DNA of 63,332 nucleotides, counting the filler, from Octopus bimaculoides (lineage: Eukaryota): the NCBI RefSeq assembly GCF_001194135.2. It is 5 parts of 5 records of this genome, joined end to end, with 100 filler letters (N's around TTAATTAATTAA, not from the genome) between each part and the next. Parts side by side here need not be neighbours in the genome. Positions count along the whole stretch, not along the records: positions 1 to 28,374 come from NC_069010.1; 4 more parts are not named here. One strand, given 5' to 3'. Under the pieces are notes generated by a model. That model was given only the letters and a program-made list of their open reading frames with translations. It searched no databases and was not told where the DNA came from. The translations under genes were made by a program, and so were the position numbers. Below, piece by piece: positions 1 through 12,114 of the stretch. Each line of letters opens with the position of its first letter. Within the stretch, counting starts at the first letter, position 1.

Positions 1-257
1 GGACATAAACACACCAGCATCGATTGTCAAGCGATGTTGGGGAGGACAAACGCAGACACACAAACATGTACACACACACATATATATACATATACACGAC
101 AGGCTTCTTTCAGGCTCTGTCTACCAAATCCACTCACAAGGCTTTAATCGGCCCGAAGCTATAGTAGAAGACACTTGCCCAAGGTGCCATGCAGTGGGAC
201 CGAACCTGGAACCATGTGGCTGGTAAGCAAGCTACTTACCAAACAGCCACTCCTGTG
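1..257 (-). mobile_element. tRNA-derived SINE family A (head GGAGTGGCTGTGTGGTAAG...), partial
   Basis: Reverse complement of the element repeated at 3326, 16725 and 17520. Confidence 0.85.
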
Positions 258-258
258 C

Positions 259-299
<41 letters not shown>

Positions 300-355
300 A
301 AATCATAATAAGGGTGTTGAATGATTACAACACCAGTCTACTAAAAATAGGAACT

Positions 356-711
356 ACTTAGATTATTATTCCACTACACAAGGTTGTAAGTGAGGATTTA
401 TAAAATAATTTGGATAGTACCATATATATATATTTCACAGTTTGAGTTATTAAAAACCTTTTCCGATCATCAGAGGCAACATACCAAGCATAAATAAATG
501 AAAAATATATTATACATACCGCCATAAGTGCAAATAATGTTATGGCTGTGTGTATAATGTATTTTCCATTTATTTACATTAGGTAAGTTGCCACTGATGA
601 TCAGAAAGGGTTTTTAATAACTCAAACCATGAAATACGCAGATATGGTACTATCCAAATTATTTTATAAATCCTCGCTTGCAACCTTTTTTAGTGGAATA
701 ATAATCTAAGT
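356..711. mobile_element. MITE / fold-back element with ~125-bp imperfect terminal inverted repeats
   Basis: 356-480 is the reverse complement of about 588-711 (acttagattattattccact...gatcatcagwggcaac). Confidence 0.8.
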
Positions 712-719
712 GGAGCGAG

Positions 720-2500
720 ATCATTGCCAGTGCCCCTGGATTGGCTCTTGTGCGGGTGGCACATAAAATACACCATTTTGAGCGTGGCCGTTGCCAGTAC
801 CGCCTGACTGGCCTTCGTGCGGGTGACACGTAAAAGCACCAACTACACTCTCGGAATGGTTGGCGTTAGGAAGGGCATCCAGCTGTAGAAACTCTGCCAA
901 ATCAGATTGGAGCCTGGTGTAGCCATCTGGTTTCACCAGTCCTCAGTCAAATCATCCAACCCATGCTAGCATGGAAAGCGGACGTTAAACAACGATGATG
1001 ATGTTATATCTCCATTTTCTTACCTTTTTTTCTGAATGATCATAAAACCATGTTCTATATGTATGAACCGATTGTTTTATGAATATTATTATTCATAACA
1101 AATATTAGCTATTCAACCAGTAATTCACTGGATGATACCCTCCTTTAACGATGTGTAACGTCAGTGTGCATACTCAACAGAGGATAAGTGCCTTGAGAGA
1201 AAAGTTGGACCTAAGAAGCATTACATGTGGTGTGCAAGAGAGACGACTGCGTTGCTATGGTCATGTGGTACGAATGGATGAGGATAGCTGTGTGAAGAAG
1301 TGCCACACACTAGCGGTTGAGGGAAACTGTGGAAGAGGTAGACCCAGGAAAACCTGGGATGAGGTGGTGAAGCACAACCTTCGAACATTAGGCATCACCA
1401 AGGCAATGACTAGTGACCGAGACCTTTGGAGATGTGCTGTGCTTGAGAAGACCCGGTAAGCCAAGTAAGACCATAACCTGTGGCCTATGCCAGTTGTGTA
1501 ACCAGCCCACTTAGGCGTACCTTTCTTTCACTAGATACTAAACTCTGCTTGTGAAGACCTGTTGAGGCAAGTGAAATCGAAATTGAAACCAAATTCGATG
1601 ACAGCACTGCATGACTGGCATCTGTGCTAGTGGAGTGCTAAGAGCACCATCTGAGCATGATCATCGCCAGGGCCGCTGACTGGCTCTAAATGCTGAGTCA
1701 CTACCAGAACTAGAAGAGAAGTTTCAGGTGTGGAAGCAAAGATTAGAATCGAAGGGCCTTAGAGTCAACCTAGCTAAAACCAAAGTCCTAATAGGTAGAA
1801 AGGTAGACAAACCACAAACCCCTTCAGGTAGATGGCCCTGCTTGAGCTGTAGAAAAGTTGTAGGTAGAAACTCTATAAGATGTACCCAGTGTAAGCTATG
1901 GACTCATAAGAGGTGCAGCAATATTAAAGGAAGGCTAACTGGGAAGATAGTTTTTGTATGTGGCAGATGCTCAGGAGCAATAAACATTGCAAAAGTGCAG
2001 AGAACAAGTTCTGCCACATTCCAGGGAGAAAAAACTAGAAGTAGTTGATAGCTTCCGTTACCTAAGTGACCAAGTCAGTAGCGGGGGAGGGTGCGCTGAA
2101 CGTCTAGCTGCTAAAATAAGAATATCCTGGGCAAAGTTCAGAGAACTCTTACCTCTGCTGGTGACAAAGGGCGTCTCGCTCAGAGTAAAAGGCAGACTGT
2201 ATGACGCATGTGTACGAACAGCCATGCTACATGGCAGTGAAACATGGGCCGTGACTGCTGAGGAGACGCATAAGTACATGCATTTGCTGGGTCTTCTCAG
2301 TCGCAGCATATCTCCAGAGGTCTTGGTCTTTTGTCATTGCCTCTGTGAGGCCCAACGTTCGAAGGCCATGCTTCACCACCTCATTCCATGTCTTCCTGGG
2401 TCTCCCTCTACCCCAGATTCCTTCAACTGTTTGGGAGTGACACTTCTTCACACAGCTCTCCTCGTCCATCTGTAGTACATGACCATATCATGCAAACGTC
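720..2500. mobile_element. RTE-clade LINE fragments (3'UTR with (GAT)n tail, ORF end, RT C-terminal part; one inverted copy at 2270-2500)
   Basis: GLRVNLAKTKV, FRYL, RLYDACVRTAMLHGSETW and GRGRPRKTW motifs. The two ORF-end copies are mutually diverged. Confidence 0.85.
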
Positions 2501-2598
2501 TCTCTTGCATGCCACATCCGATGCTTCTTATGTCCAATATTTCTCTCAGGGTGCTTACACTCTACATCTATCTATATATATAGATATATGTATATATA

Positions 2599-3175
2599 TA
2601 CTAGCAGCTAAGCCCGGTTTCACCTGGTCGGTTTGGATGACGTGGCTGTAAAACCTGTTGCATGTAAGCATTCGACTTTTTGGGCACGCTTATGTTAAAA
2701 AACAATTTTAGAATGACTTTTTTCTGTCAAAACGCTAAAAATAACTGACCAACAAAAGATAAAAAAACAACCAAGATTCAACCAAATCAAAAATAAACCC
2801 AAATACTAAGTGAACAAAGATGAACCACCCCACTTCCATTGTGCACGCACACGCACACACACACCCCTTTTACATACACACACATATATTCACACAGAGG
2901 TGAAACGCTGTTTGATTTATTTTTTCAGCATACAATTTTCATCACTCCACTACCAAGTATGACGTCACCCCTTCCTTTCTCATTCAGAAACACAAGAGTA
3001 TTATTATAGTAGATTATCTCGGTAACCATGGGAGCTATGAAACAATACAAAGCCCAGCATCACCACCAGATTATTCTACACATCTGTGTAAATTTTTGCG
3101 CCATTTGACCATGAATCCCAAGACAAGAAAGAACCGTCCATGTCAAATTTATATGTAAAGATATATAGATATACT
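2599..3175 (+). mobile_element. Probable non-autonomous Helitron-like elements
   Basis: Starts TACTAGC...GCCCGG and ends ...ATAGTAGAT / ATATAGAT, the terminal pattern of Lep1/HINE-like elements (from memory). Confidence 0.4.
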
Positions 3176-3325
3176 GCATATACGCCAATAGTAAAACAAG
3201 GTACTCAGGTCAATACAATACATTTAACTTAGAACACCTTTGCAGACACTATCCCAGTGGAGCCACAGTCCAAAGATGACTAAAACTGATAAAAAAAACA
3301 AAAAAACAAAAATCAATTATGAAAT

Positions 3326-3720
3326 AGGCGCAGGAGTGGCTGTGTGGTAAGTAGCTTGCTTACCAACCACATGGTTCCGGGTTCAGTCCCACTGTGTGGC
3401 ACCTTGGGCAAGTGTCTTCTACTATAGCCTCGGGCCGACCAAAGCCTTGTGAGTGGATTTGGTAGACGGAAACTGAAAGAAGCCCGTCGTATATATGTAT
3501 ATATGTATGTGTGTATATGTTGTGTATCTGTGTTTGTCCTCCCAACATCGCTTGACAACCGATGCTGGTGTGTTTAGGTCCCTTGTAACTTAGCGGTTCG
3601 GCAAAAAGAGACCGGTAGAATAAGTACTAGGCTTACAAAGAATAAGTCCTGGGGTCGATTTGATTCGACTAAAGGCGGTGCTCCAGCATGGCCGCAGTCA
3701 AATGACTGAAACAAGTAAAA
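3326..3720 (+). mobile_element. SINE family A, near full length
   Basis: A/B-box-like head, internal (TA/TG)n, tail AAATGACTGAAACAAGTAAAAG. Nearly identical to the copies at 16725 and 17520. Confidence 0.9.
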
Positions 3721-3772
3721 GAAAAAGAAAAAGAAAAAGAAAAAGAAAAAAAATATAAAAATTATTTTATAC

Positions 3773-3819
3773 TTATAAGTGATGGCTGGATTATCGCTGT
3801 CCCCTAACCATTCAGCAAG
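3773..3819 (-). CDS. HFM1: HFM1 exon (LAEWLGDSDNPAITY-K); gene continues, next exon not found in the window
   Basis: ctactcctcacag| acceptor, AA|gtataa donor. Matches recalled human IAEWLSDGERPAVCLK. Confidence 0.9.
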
Positions 3820-5030
3820 CTGTGAGGAGTAGAAACAGGAGAGTTTAGGTTCACTGAGTACAAGAAACACATAGAGATGATGGAGGAGGGTATGAAGGGA
3901 AGGGTAGGTGGAGGAGGAACAGCAATAGTTGATGGAATATTGTTGTTGCTGGGTTAAGTGCATGGCTCAATGGTTAGGGTATCATGTTTACGTCTGTGAA
4001 GTCGTGAGTTTGATTCCTGGACATGGCTGTGTGCTGTGTTCTTGAGCAAGACACTTTATTTTTCCAGCATTGTTCCAGTTCACTCAGCTATAGAAATGAA
4101 CAGGAATGTCACTGGTACCAAGCTGTTTTGGCCTTTGCCTTTCCCTTGGACAATATCGGTGGTGTTGAGAGGGAAGGCTGGTGTGCATGGGCGACTGCTG
4201 GTCTTCCATAAACAACCTTGCCCAGACTTGTGCCTCAGAGGGGAACTTTCTAGGTGTCATCCCATGGTCATTCGTGACTGAAGGAAGTTTTTATTTTATT
4301 TTCTTGTTAGTTCAGGGAATATTGTTAAGTTTTACGAGTACTGAATGAAATATCCTGCAATTTCTGTCACTGGAAACACATGCATGGCCATAGAGGTATT
4401 GGCAAACCAAGAAGAGCATTTATTGAGGTCAACTTGCAGAAGACACTGAATATCAGGTTGAAGATATGAAGACTACCCTGGAAGACCAGGACATGTAGCA
4501 TGGAAGAGGAAGAGTTAGTTGCCTTGGGTCAGGCTAATTGCCTGACCAAACAGATATATATAGGTACAGGTGTGGCTGTGTGGTAACAAGTTTGCTTTGG
4601 GCCAGAGGCAAGTCATTCAACTACATAAATAGACAGGTAGGTGTGGTTGTATGGTAAGAAGTTTGGATTCCAACCAGACGGTTCCAGGTTCAGCCCCACT
4701 GTGTGATACCTCGAGCATGTATCTTCTACCATAGCCTTCGACTGACCAAAGCCTTGAGTGGATTCGGTAGATGGAAACTGAAAGAAGCCTGTCGTATATG
4801 TGTGTGTGTGTCTTTGTGTTTGTATTTTCTGCCCACGACCACTTGACAACTGGTATTGATGTGTTTAAGTCCCTGTAACATAGCGGTTCAGCAAAAGTGA
4901 CAGATGGAATAAATACACACACACCCTGCCACATATACACACACAAACAACACATACATACAAATAGACATACATTTTTACAACCACACACCTATATACA
5001 ATCACATATGCACATACAAGCACATACAAG

Positions 5031-5064
<34 letters not shown>

Positions 5065-5128
5065 TATACACACACATTCTTCTATTATATTAGGAAAAAC
5101 AGTCTCTAAAATTGCCTGAAGATCTCAC

Positions 5129-5293
5129 ATCATTAAGGTTCTGTATGGTTGCAGAAACGGCCATGAACCGGATATTGTTCTTCTTCTCGCCGATGTCTTT
5201 CTCCATCCACTTAGAGGCCACATGGATGGTCTTCATCCGACTGATCACTGCTTCGATAGTTGACCCTCTGCCTGGATCATTTAAAGTGTGTAT
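5129..5293 (-). CDS. HFM1: HFM1 exon (IHTLNDPGRGSTIEAVISRMKT...IRFMAVSATIQNLND)
   Basis: ttttcag| and |gtgaga, 165 nt. Completes DEIH and contains RG-x-T-x-E-x-x-x-SR and motif III SAT. Confidence 0.97.
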
Positions 5294-5430
5294 CTGAAAA
5301 CAACAAATCCCATAGTTATCATTATTAACACTAGCTGTCCCCATGCCATCAAAACTGATGGCTAATTGTAGTATTTTGTATATAAATATGGATGGTAAAT
5401 CAAATCAATACACTTGTCGATGTTATCTTA

Positions 5431-6420
5431 TTTCTTTATTGCCCACAAGGGGGCTAAACATAGAGGGGACAAACAAGGACAGACAAAGGGATTAAGTCGA
5501 TTACATCGACCGCAGTGCGCAACTGGTACTTAATTTATCGACCCCGAAAGGATGAAAGCCAAAGTTGACCTCGGCAGAATTTGAACTCAGAACGTAAAGA
5601 CAGACGAAATACCTATTTCTTTACTGCCCACAAGGGGCTACACACAGAGGGGACAAACAAGGACAGTCAAACGGATTAAGTCGATTATATCGACCCCAGT
5701 GCGTAACTGGTACTTAATTTATCGACCTCGAAAGGATGAAAGCCAAAGTTNNNNNNNNNNNNNNNNNNNNNNNNNNNNNNNNNNNNNNNNNNNNNNNNNN
5801 NNNNNNNNNNNNNNNNNNTTATCTTATTTCTTTATTGCCCACAAGGGGGCTAAACATAGAGGGGACAAACAAGGACAGACAAAGGGATTAAGTCGATTAC
5901 ATCGACCGCAGTGCGCAACTGGTACTTAATTTATCGACCCCGAAAGGATGAAAGCCAAAGTTGACCTCGGCAGAATTTGAACTCAGAACGTAAAGACAGA
6001 CGAAATACCTATTTCTTTACTGCCCACAAGGGGCTACACACAGAGGGGACAAACAAGGACAGTCAAACGGATTAAGTCGATTATATCGACCCCAGTGCGT
6101 AACTGGTACTTAATTTATCGACCTCGAAAGGATGAAAGCCAAAGTTGACCTCGGCAGAATTTGAACCCTGAACGTAAAGACAGATGAAATACCTATTTCT
6201 TTACTGCCCACAAGGGGCTACACACAGAGGGGACAAACAAGGACAGACAAACGGATTAAGTCGATTATATCGACCTCAGTGCGTAACTGGTACTTAATTT
6301 ATCGACCCCGAAAGGATGAAAGGCAAAGTCGACCTCGGCGGAATTTGAACTCAGAACGCAGTGGCAGACGAAATACCGCTACGCATTTCGCCCGGTGTGC
6401 TAACGTTTCTGCCAGCTCGA
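5431..6420 (-). repeat. Tandem array of ~180-bp SINE family C bodies with one head at ~6360-6420
   Basis: The unit ATTTCTTTAYTGCCCACAAGGGG...GAAATACCT recurs at 5431, ~5615, ~5826, ~6011 and ~6194. 5820-6140 duplicates 5424-5750 across the gap. Confidence 0.9.
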
Positions 6421-7040
6421 CGCCTTGTCCATGTTATCTAGTGGTTGTCTTTGGAGATGTGACATTGATCATCGTTTGTTACTAAAAGAACGCTGGTTCA
6501 CACATACAAAACATTCACATACTTCCCTTGTACATGCGCACACTTGCCAAAGGTGCCACACAATGGGACTGAACCCAGAACTGTGGTTGGTAAGCAAGCT
6601 ACTTACCACACAGCCACTCCTGCGTCTAGAAATAATCAGTAATATTATATATTCGTCAAGCTTGCAGAATTATTAGCACACTGGACAAAATGATTAGTGG
6701 CATTTCTTCTGGTTTGACATTCTGAGTTCAAATTCTGCCAAGGTAGACTTAGCCTTTCAGAGTTGATAAACAAAGTACCAGTACTGGGGCCATTGGGATT
6801 GACTTACCTCACTCTCCATAAATTACTGGCCTTGTGCCAAAGTTTGAAACCATTATTATTAATATTTCAGAGGCTTACTTGCTAGTAAGTGATCTGACCT
6901 GAGACTGTGAGTTGAAGCTAAAATATTTACACCATGGAAGACACATATTAGCTATTCAAAAAACACACAAAGACTGCTAGAATTTCACTTCATCAATCAA
7001 CACTTAAACCAGCCATATCTGACCCACATATTCTACCTGT

Positions 7041-7342
7041 GTGGAGGCACAATGGCCCAGTGGTTAGGGCAGCGGACTCGCGGTCATAGGATCGCGGTTT
7101 CGATTCCCAGACCGGGCATTGTGAGTGTTTATTGAGCAAAAACACCTAAAAGCCCCACGAGGGTCCGGCAGGGGATGGTGGCGAACCCTGCTGTACTCTT
7201 CCACCACAACTTTCTCTCACTCTTACTTCCTGTTTCTGTTGTGCCTGTAATTCAAAGGGCCAGCCTTGTCACACTCTGTGTCACACTGAATATCCCCGAG
7301 AACTACGTTAAGGGTACACGTGTCTGTGGAGTGCCCAGTCAC
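7041..7342 (+). mobile_element. tRNA(Arg)-like SINE family B (GGCGCAATGGCCCAGTGGTTAGGGCAGCGGACTCGCGG...)
   Basis: Same element as 28159, 45016 and 49850 (+) and 9304, 32370 (-). Has an (AAC)n tail where complete. Confidence 0.9.
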
Positions 7343-9303
7343 NNNNNNNNNNNNNNNNNNNNNNNNNNNNNNNNNNNNNNNNNNNNNNNNNNNNNNNNNN
7401 NNNNNNNNNNNNNNNNNNNNNNNNNNNNNNNNNNNNNNNNNNNNNNNNNNNNNNNNNNNNNNNNNNNNNNNNNNNNNNNNNNNNNNNNNNNNNNNNNNNN
7501 NNNNNNNNNNNNNNNNNNNNNNNNNNNNNNNNNNNNNNNNNNNNNNNNNNNNNNNNNNNNNNNNNNNNNNNNNNNNNNNNNNNNNNNNNNNNNNNNNNNN
7601 NNNNNNNNNNNNNNNNNNNNNNNNNNNNNNATGTGATTAAATATGCATTCCATTTGACAGAGTAATCTAAATGCTTTAAGGCTAATCATAGATCTTCTGG
7701 ATCAGGACTAGACAGAACCGTGTGAATATCAGAGCAAAAATGTGTCAACAGCCAAGGCTGAGAACATTCTCATATCATTAACATTAAGTCGTTAATAACT
7801 TATTAGCAAGCATTAACTTCCGCGTTCTTGGCACAAGGCCAGCAAGTTCAATTAGACTGACAACCCCAGGGCTCAACTGGTACTTATTTTTTTGACCTTC
7901 AAAAGGATGAAAGGCAAAGTCAACCTCAGTGGAATTTGAACTCAGAACACAAAGATAGATGAAATGCTGCTTAGCTAACTGTCAGATCATGTGATTTACC
8001 TCTGACTTGGGCCCACTGGCAGTGACATAACACCTATAGCAGATGATACCCGTCTGTCAACAATATAAGTACATGTGCTTTTATGCACCACGAGTCCTTA
8101 TAAGAAGTTTTCTCAAGGTAAATAATGCAGTACTCTGTGTTCTAACACAACATCCATGTTAAGTTGTAAATATATATGTATGTATGTTGTTGTTGTTGGC
8201 ACTCTGTCGCTTATGACGTCGAGGATTCCAGTTGATCCGATCAACGGAACAGCCTNNNNNNNNNNAAGGCTGTTCTGTTGATCGGATCAACTGGAACCCT
8301 CGACGTCGTAAGCGAACGGAGTGCCAACATGCCAACATTCTACCTGTTATATATTCAAACCAGACAGGTCTGGCTTCCCGCAACTACCCAGCTATTTAAT
8401 GCTAATAATAAGCAACTACATTATCAAAATCTCAAAGCAATGAGAAAATGCATGATTAATTCAAAACAATGTGATTAAATATGCATTCCATTTGACAGAG
8501 TAATCTAAATGCTTTAAGGCTAATCATAGATCTTCTGGATCAGGACTAGACAGAACCGTGTGAATATCAGAGCAAAAATGTGTCAACAGCCAAGGCTGAG
8601 AACATTCTCATATCATTAACATTAAGTCGTTAATAACTTATTAGCAAGCATTAACTTCCGCGTTCTTGGCACAAGGCCAGCAAGTTCAATTAGACTGACA
8701 ACCCCAGGGCTCAACTGGTACTTATTTNNNNNNNNNNNNNNNNNNNNNNNNNNNNNNNNNNNNNNNNNNNNNNNNNNNNNNNNNNNNNNNNNNNNNNNNN
8801 NNNNNNNNNNNNNNNNNNNNNNNNNNNNNNNNNNNNNNNNNNNNNNNNNNNNNNNNNNNNNNNNNNNNNNNNNNNNNNNNNNNNNNNNNNNNNNNNNNNN
8901 NNNNNNNNNNNNNNNNNNNNNNNNNNNNNNNNNNNNNNNNNNNNNNNNNNNNNNNNNNNNNNNNNNNNNNNNNNNNNNNNNNNNNNNNNNNNNNNNNNNN
9001 NNNNNNNNNNNNNNNNNNNNNNNNNNNNNNNNNNNNNNNNNNNNNNNNNNNNNNNNNNNNNNNNNNNNNNNNNNNNNNNNNNNNNNNNNNNNNNNNNNNN
9101 NNNNNNNNNNNNNNNNNNNNNNNNNNNNNNNNNNNNNNNNNNNNNNNNNNNNNNNNNNNNNNNNNNNNNNNNNNNNNNNNNNNNNNNNNNNNNNNNNNNN
9201 NNNNNNNNNNNNNNNNNNNNNNNNNNNNNNNNNNNNNNNNNNNNNNNNNNNNNNNNNNNNNNNNNNNNNNNNNNNNNNNNNNNNNNNNNNNNNNNNNNNN
9301 NNN

Positions 9304-9634
9304 CGGAACAGCCTGCTCGTGAAATTAACGTGCAAGTGGCTGAGCACTCCACAGACACGTGTACCCTTAACGTAGTTCTCGGGGATATTCAGCGTGACAC
9401 AGAGTGACAAGGCTGGCCCCTTTGAATTACAGGCACAACAGAAACAGGAAGTAAGAGTGAGAGAAAGTTGTGGTGAAAGAGTACAGCAGGGTTCGCCACC
9501 ATCCCCTGTCAGAGCCTCGTGGAGCTTTAGGTGTTTTCGCTCAATAAAAACTCACAACGCCCGGTCTGGGAATTGAAACTGTGATCCTACGACCGCGAGT
9601 CCGCTGCCCTAACCACTGGGCCATTGCGCTTCCA
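9304..9634 (-). mobile_element. SINE family B, inverted relative to the 7041 copy
   Basis: Reverse complement of the family B sequence. Its tail is at 8180-8235 (11-nt overlap cggaacagcct). Confidence 0.9.
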
Positions 9635-9663
9635 CTGTATGTATGTATATATAGGAGTCTTAC

Positions 9664-9744
9664 TTCATCAATCATGAACAGCTTCAGATGTTGAGCAAGG
9701 GTGTTGTCACAATGCCAGCGCCGGGTCACACTGTCCCACTTTTC
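9664..9744 (-). CDS. HFM1: HFM1 exon (EKWDSVTRRWHCDNTLAQHLKLFMIDE)
   Basis: atttag| and |gtaaga, 81 nt, phase 0 at both ends. Contains EKWDS and the DE half of the DExH box. Confidence 0.96.
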
Positions 9745-10511
9745 CTAAATGAAATATAGAAATATATTTATTTAACAGTATTTAACAAAATAGGTTTATT
9801 GTCAATTAAAAGATTTCGATTAAACAACATATATAAAATCAAATTGCCCATAAAAAGCTTTTTGCTGTCCACGGATCCCGTCCTTTCCTTGCAGACCCCC
9901 TGTGGTCCGCGGACCACAGTTTGAAAACCCCTGATCTATACCATTTGAGGCATATTTGTAGAAAATTTCATTAAAAAAATATCCATTTTTCTGGAAGTTA
10001 TGAGACCACAAAATTGGGGGATGGGGTGGGGGCATACTTGTGTAGGTATGCTGAATATTCAGCCACATACCTTTATTTACATGACAAAGTGTACCCGTAA
10101 TTCAAATGTCCAGCTTTGCCTCACTGACTGTGTTTTCTTAATTCTGCCTGAGAATTATGTTAAGTGTACACCTAATTGAATGAGAAACAATAGTTCAGTT
10201 CATCAGCTTGAACAGCTGGGACGCTATACATATATATATATATATATGCGCCATAAAGGTACCTTTTATGGCGAGAAACCCAGGGTAACCCGATAAACCA
10301 GTCTTCACCACAGTTTGAAAACCCCTGGTGTAGAGAGACACCAAGGATGTGACAAAGACACATCTGGAACACCTCGACCTTGTTCAGGTCCCATTTGAGG
10401 ATGGTCCAGATCTCACAACAGTAGAGGAGATGCTGGGCTTTCTTCTGGACACCATCGAAGGGATGCAAACAACAACAACAACAGCAACAACAACAACAAT
10501 AATCTACTTAC

Positions 10512-10663
10512 AGGCGTTGTAATAATGACGTTTGCAGTCTGCAGGGCTGAGAAGTCATCGACATCAGTATCTCCGGTAAGTTCCAGACATTGAACTCCCA
10601 ATTTACCCAGCTTTTTCTCCCAGTCTTCGTAACGTTCTGTACAAAGGGCTTTGATGGGAGCCA
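10512..10663 (-). CDS. HFM1: HFM1 exon, motifs Ia/Ib (M-APIKALCTERYEDW...LELTGDT...VIITTP)
   Basis: ctttcag|tg completes ATG with the upstream phase-1 A. Donor |gtaagt. Close to recalled human MAPIKALCSQRFDDW...ELTGDT...IIMTTP. Confidence 0.97.
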
Positions 10664-11104
10664 CTGAAAGTGAAAAATCTTATGGATTGCTACTTTACTT
10701 GCACAAACACACATCATCATCATCATTATCTAAAGTTCATTTTCCATGCTGGTATGGGTTGGATTGTACGACATTTGATGGGATATAAGGTGCACATTTT
10801 TTTTTACCAAAATTGTCTCTAAAAATCACTCTGGGTCCTATATGTAATGGTGGGCCTATGCTACATGTTTTAATACACTAAAAACATTTTCCTCTGAATA
10901 TGAACCGCTGATATTGGGGTGCATCTGATATACCTGTGCGTTTTTTTATGCCATCAAATATGGTATATTATATCTGTTCCGCTTCCAGTAGTTAAAGCGT
11001 TACATCTTTACCTAGTGGTACCAGTGTACAGCTAAGTAGACTGAGCTCTGACAGTGAAATACATTGAACACACACATATATTCTTTTTTTATTCTTTATT
11101 CTTT

Positions 11105-11492
11105 TTCTTGTTTCAGTCATTTGACTGCGGCCATGCTGGAGCACCGCCTTTAGTCGAATCAAATCAACCCCAGGTCTTATTCTTTGTAAGCCTAGTACTT
11201 ATTCTATCGGTCTCTTTTTGCCGAACCGCTATGTTACGGGGACCTAAACACACCAGCATCGGTTGTCAAGCGATGTTGGAGGGACAAACACAGATACACA
11301 ACATATACACACATACATATATATATATACATATATACGACGGGCTTCTTTCAGTTTCCGTCTACCAAATCCACTCACAAGGCTTTGGTCGGCCCGAGGC
11401 TATAGCAGAAGACACTTGCCCAAGGTGCCACGCAGTGAGACTGAACCCGGAACCATGTGGTTGGTAAGCAAGCTACTTACCACACAGCCACT
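11105..11492 (-). mobile_element. SINE family A, near full length
   Basis: Reverse complement of 3326-3720. Confidence 0.9.
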
Positions 11493-11727
11493 CGCATATA
11501 TACATGCAAAATGTCCCACAGAAAACAGTGCCAATAATAGGATTTGAAACTCCAACCCTGTGATTTGTAACATCTACCAGTTATGACTGCTTCACTCACT
11601 CTAAAATCAGCTACTGGCAGTTAAACATTGAACACACAAGATCCCACAGAAAACAGAGCCAACAATAGGATTTGAAACCCCAACACTATGATTCACAATA
11701 CATGCTACTTATGACTGTTTCACTTAC

Positions 11728-11863
11728 TGTAAACTGCTTTAAAGTTGTAGTTGTTCATTTCTTCAGCTTTGATAATGATCCTCACAATGGCAAGTTCAAA
11801 TACCACCGTTTTCCCTGCTCCTGTTGGGGCACATACCACAATGGAATTATCAGTATACAAAGC
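11728..11863 (-). CDS. HFM1: HFM1 exon with Walker A (ALYTDNSIVVCAPTGAGKTVVFELAIVRII...KAVY)
   Basis: tttcag| acceptor, A|gtaagt donor. APTGxGKTVVFELAI is characteristic of Ski2-like HFM1/Mer3 helicases. Confidence 0.97.
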
Positions 11864-12114
11864 CTGAAATAGAATGAAGTTTCATACATGATGTCACCCA
11901 ATAAAATATTCTTTTCTACTCTAGACACAAGGCCTGACATTTTTGGGGGAGGAGGGCCAGTCGATTAGATCGACCCCCAGTATGCAACTGGTACTCAATT
12001 TATTGACCCTGAAAGGATGAAAGGCAAAGTTGACCTCGATGGAATATGAACTCAGAACATAAAGACAGACGAAAATTGCTGACCTTGTGCCAAAATTTGA
12101 AAAGATCATTATTG

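Noticed and set aside
1024-1060. Possible next HFM1 exon ending AAG|gtaaga
   Set aside because: No frame resembles the expected MDESHRPVKL...KVV sequence and there is no good acceptor.
3326-3400. tRNA genes at SINE heads
   Set aside because: The A/B boxes are followed by SINE bodies and cannot complete a cloverleaf with an acceptor stem; they are tRNA-derived SINEs only.
3767-3772. Second U12 intron at the GTATAA donor (also GTATGG at 18634)
   Set aside because: Both lack the CCTT of the U12 5' consensus, so they are treated as weak U2 donors.
5820-6140. Apparent extra SINE C units and the 7631-7885 / 8470-8727 duplicate
   Set aside because: Base-identical sequence on both sides of gaps, including private variants, indicates unmerged contig overlap.
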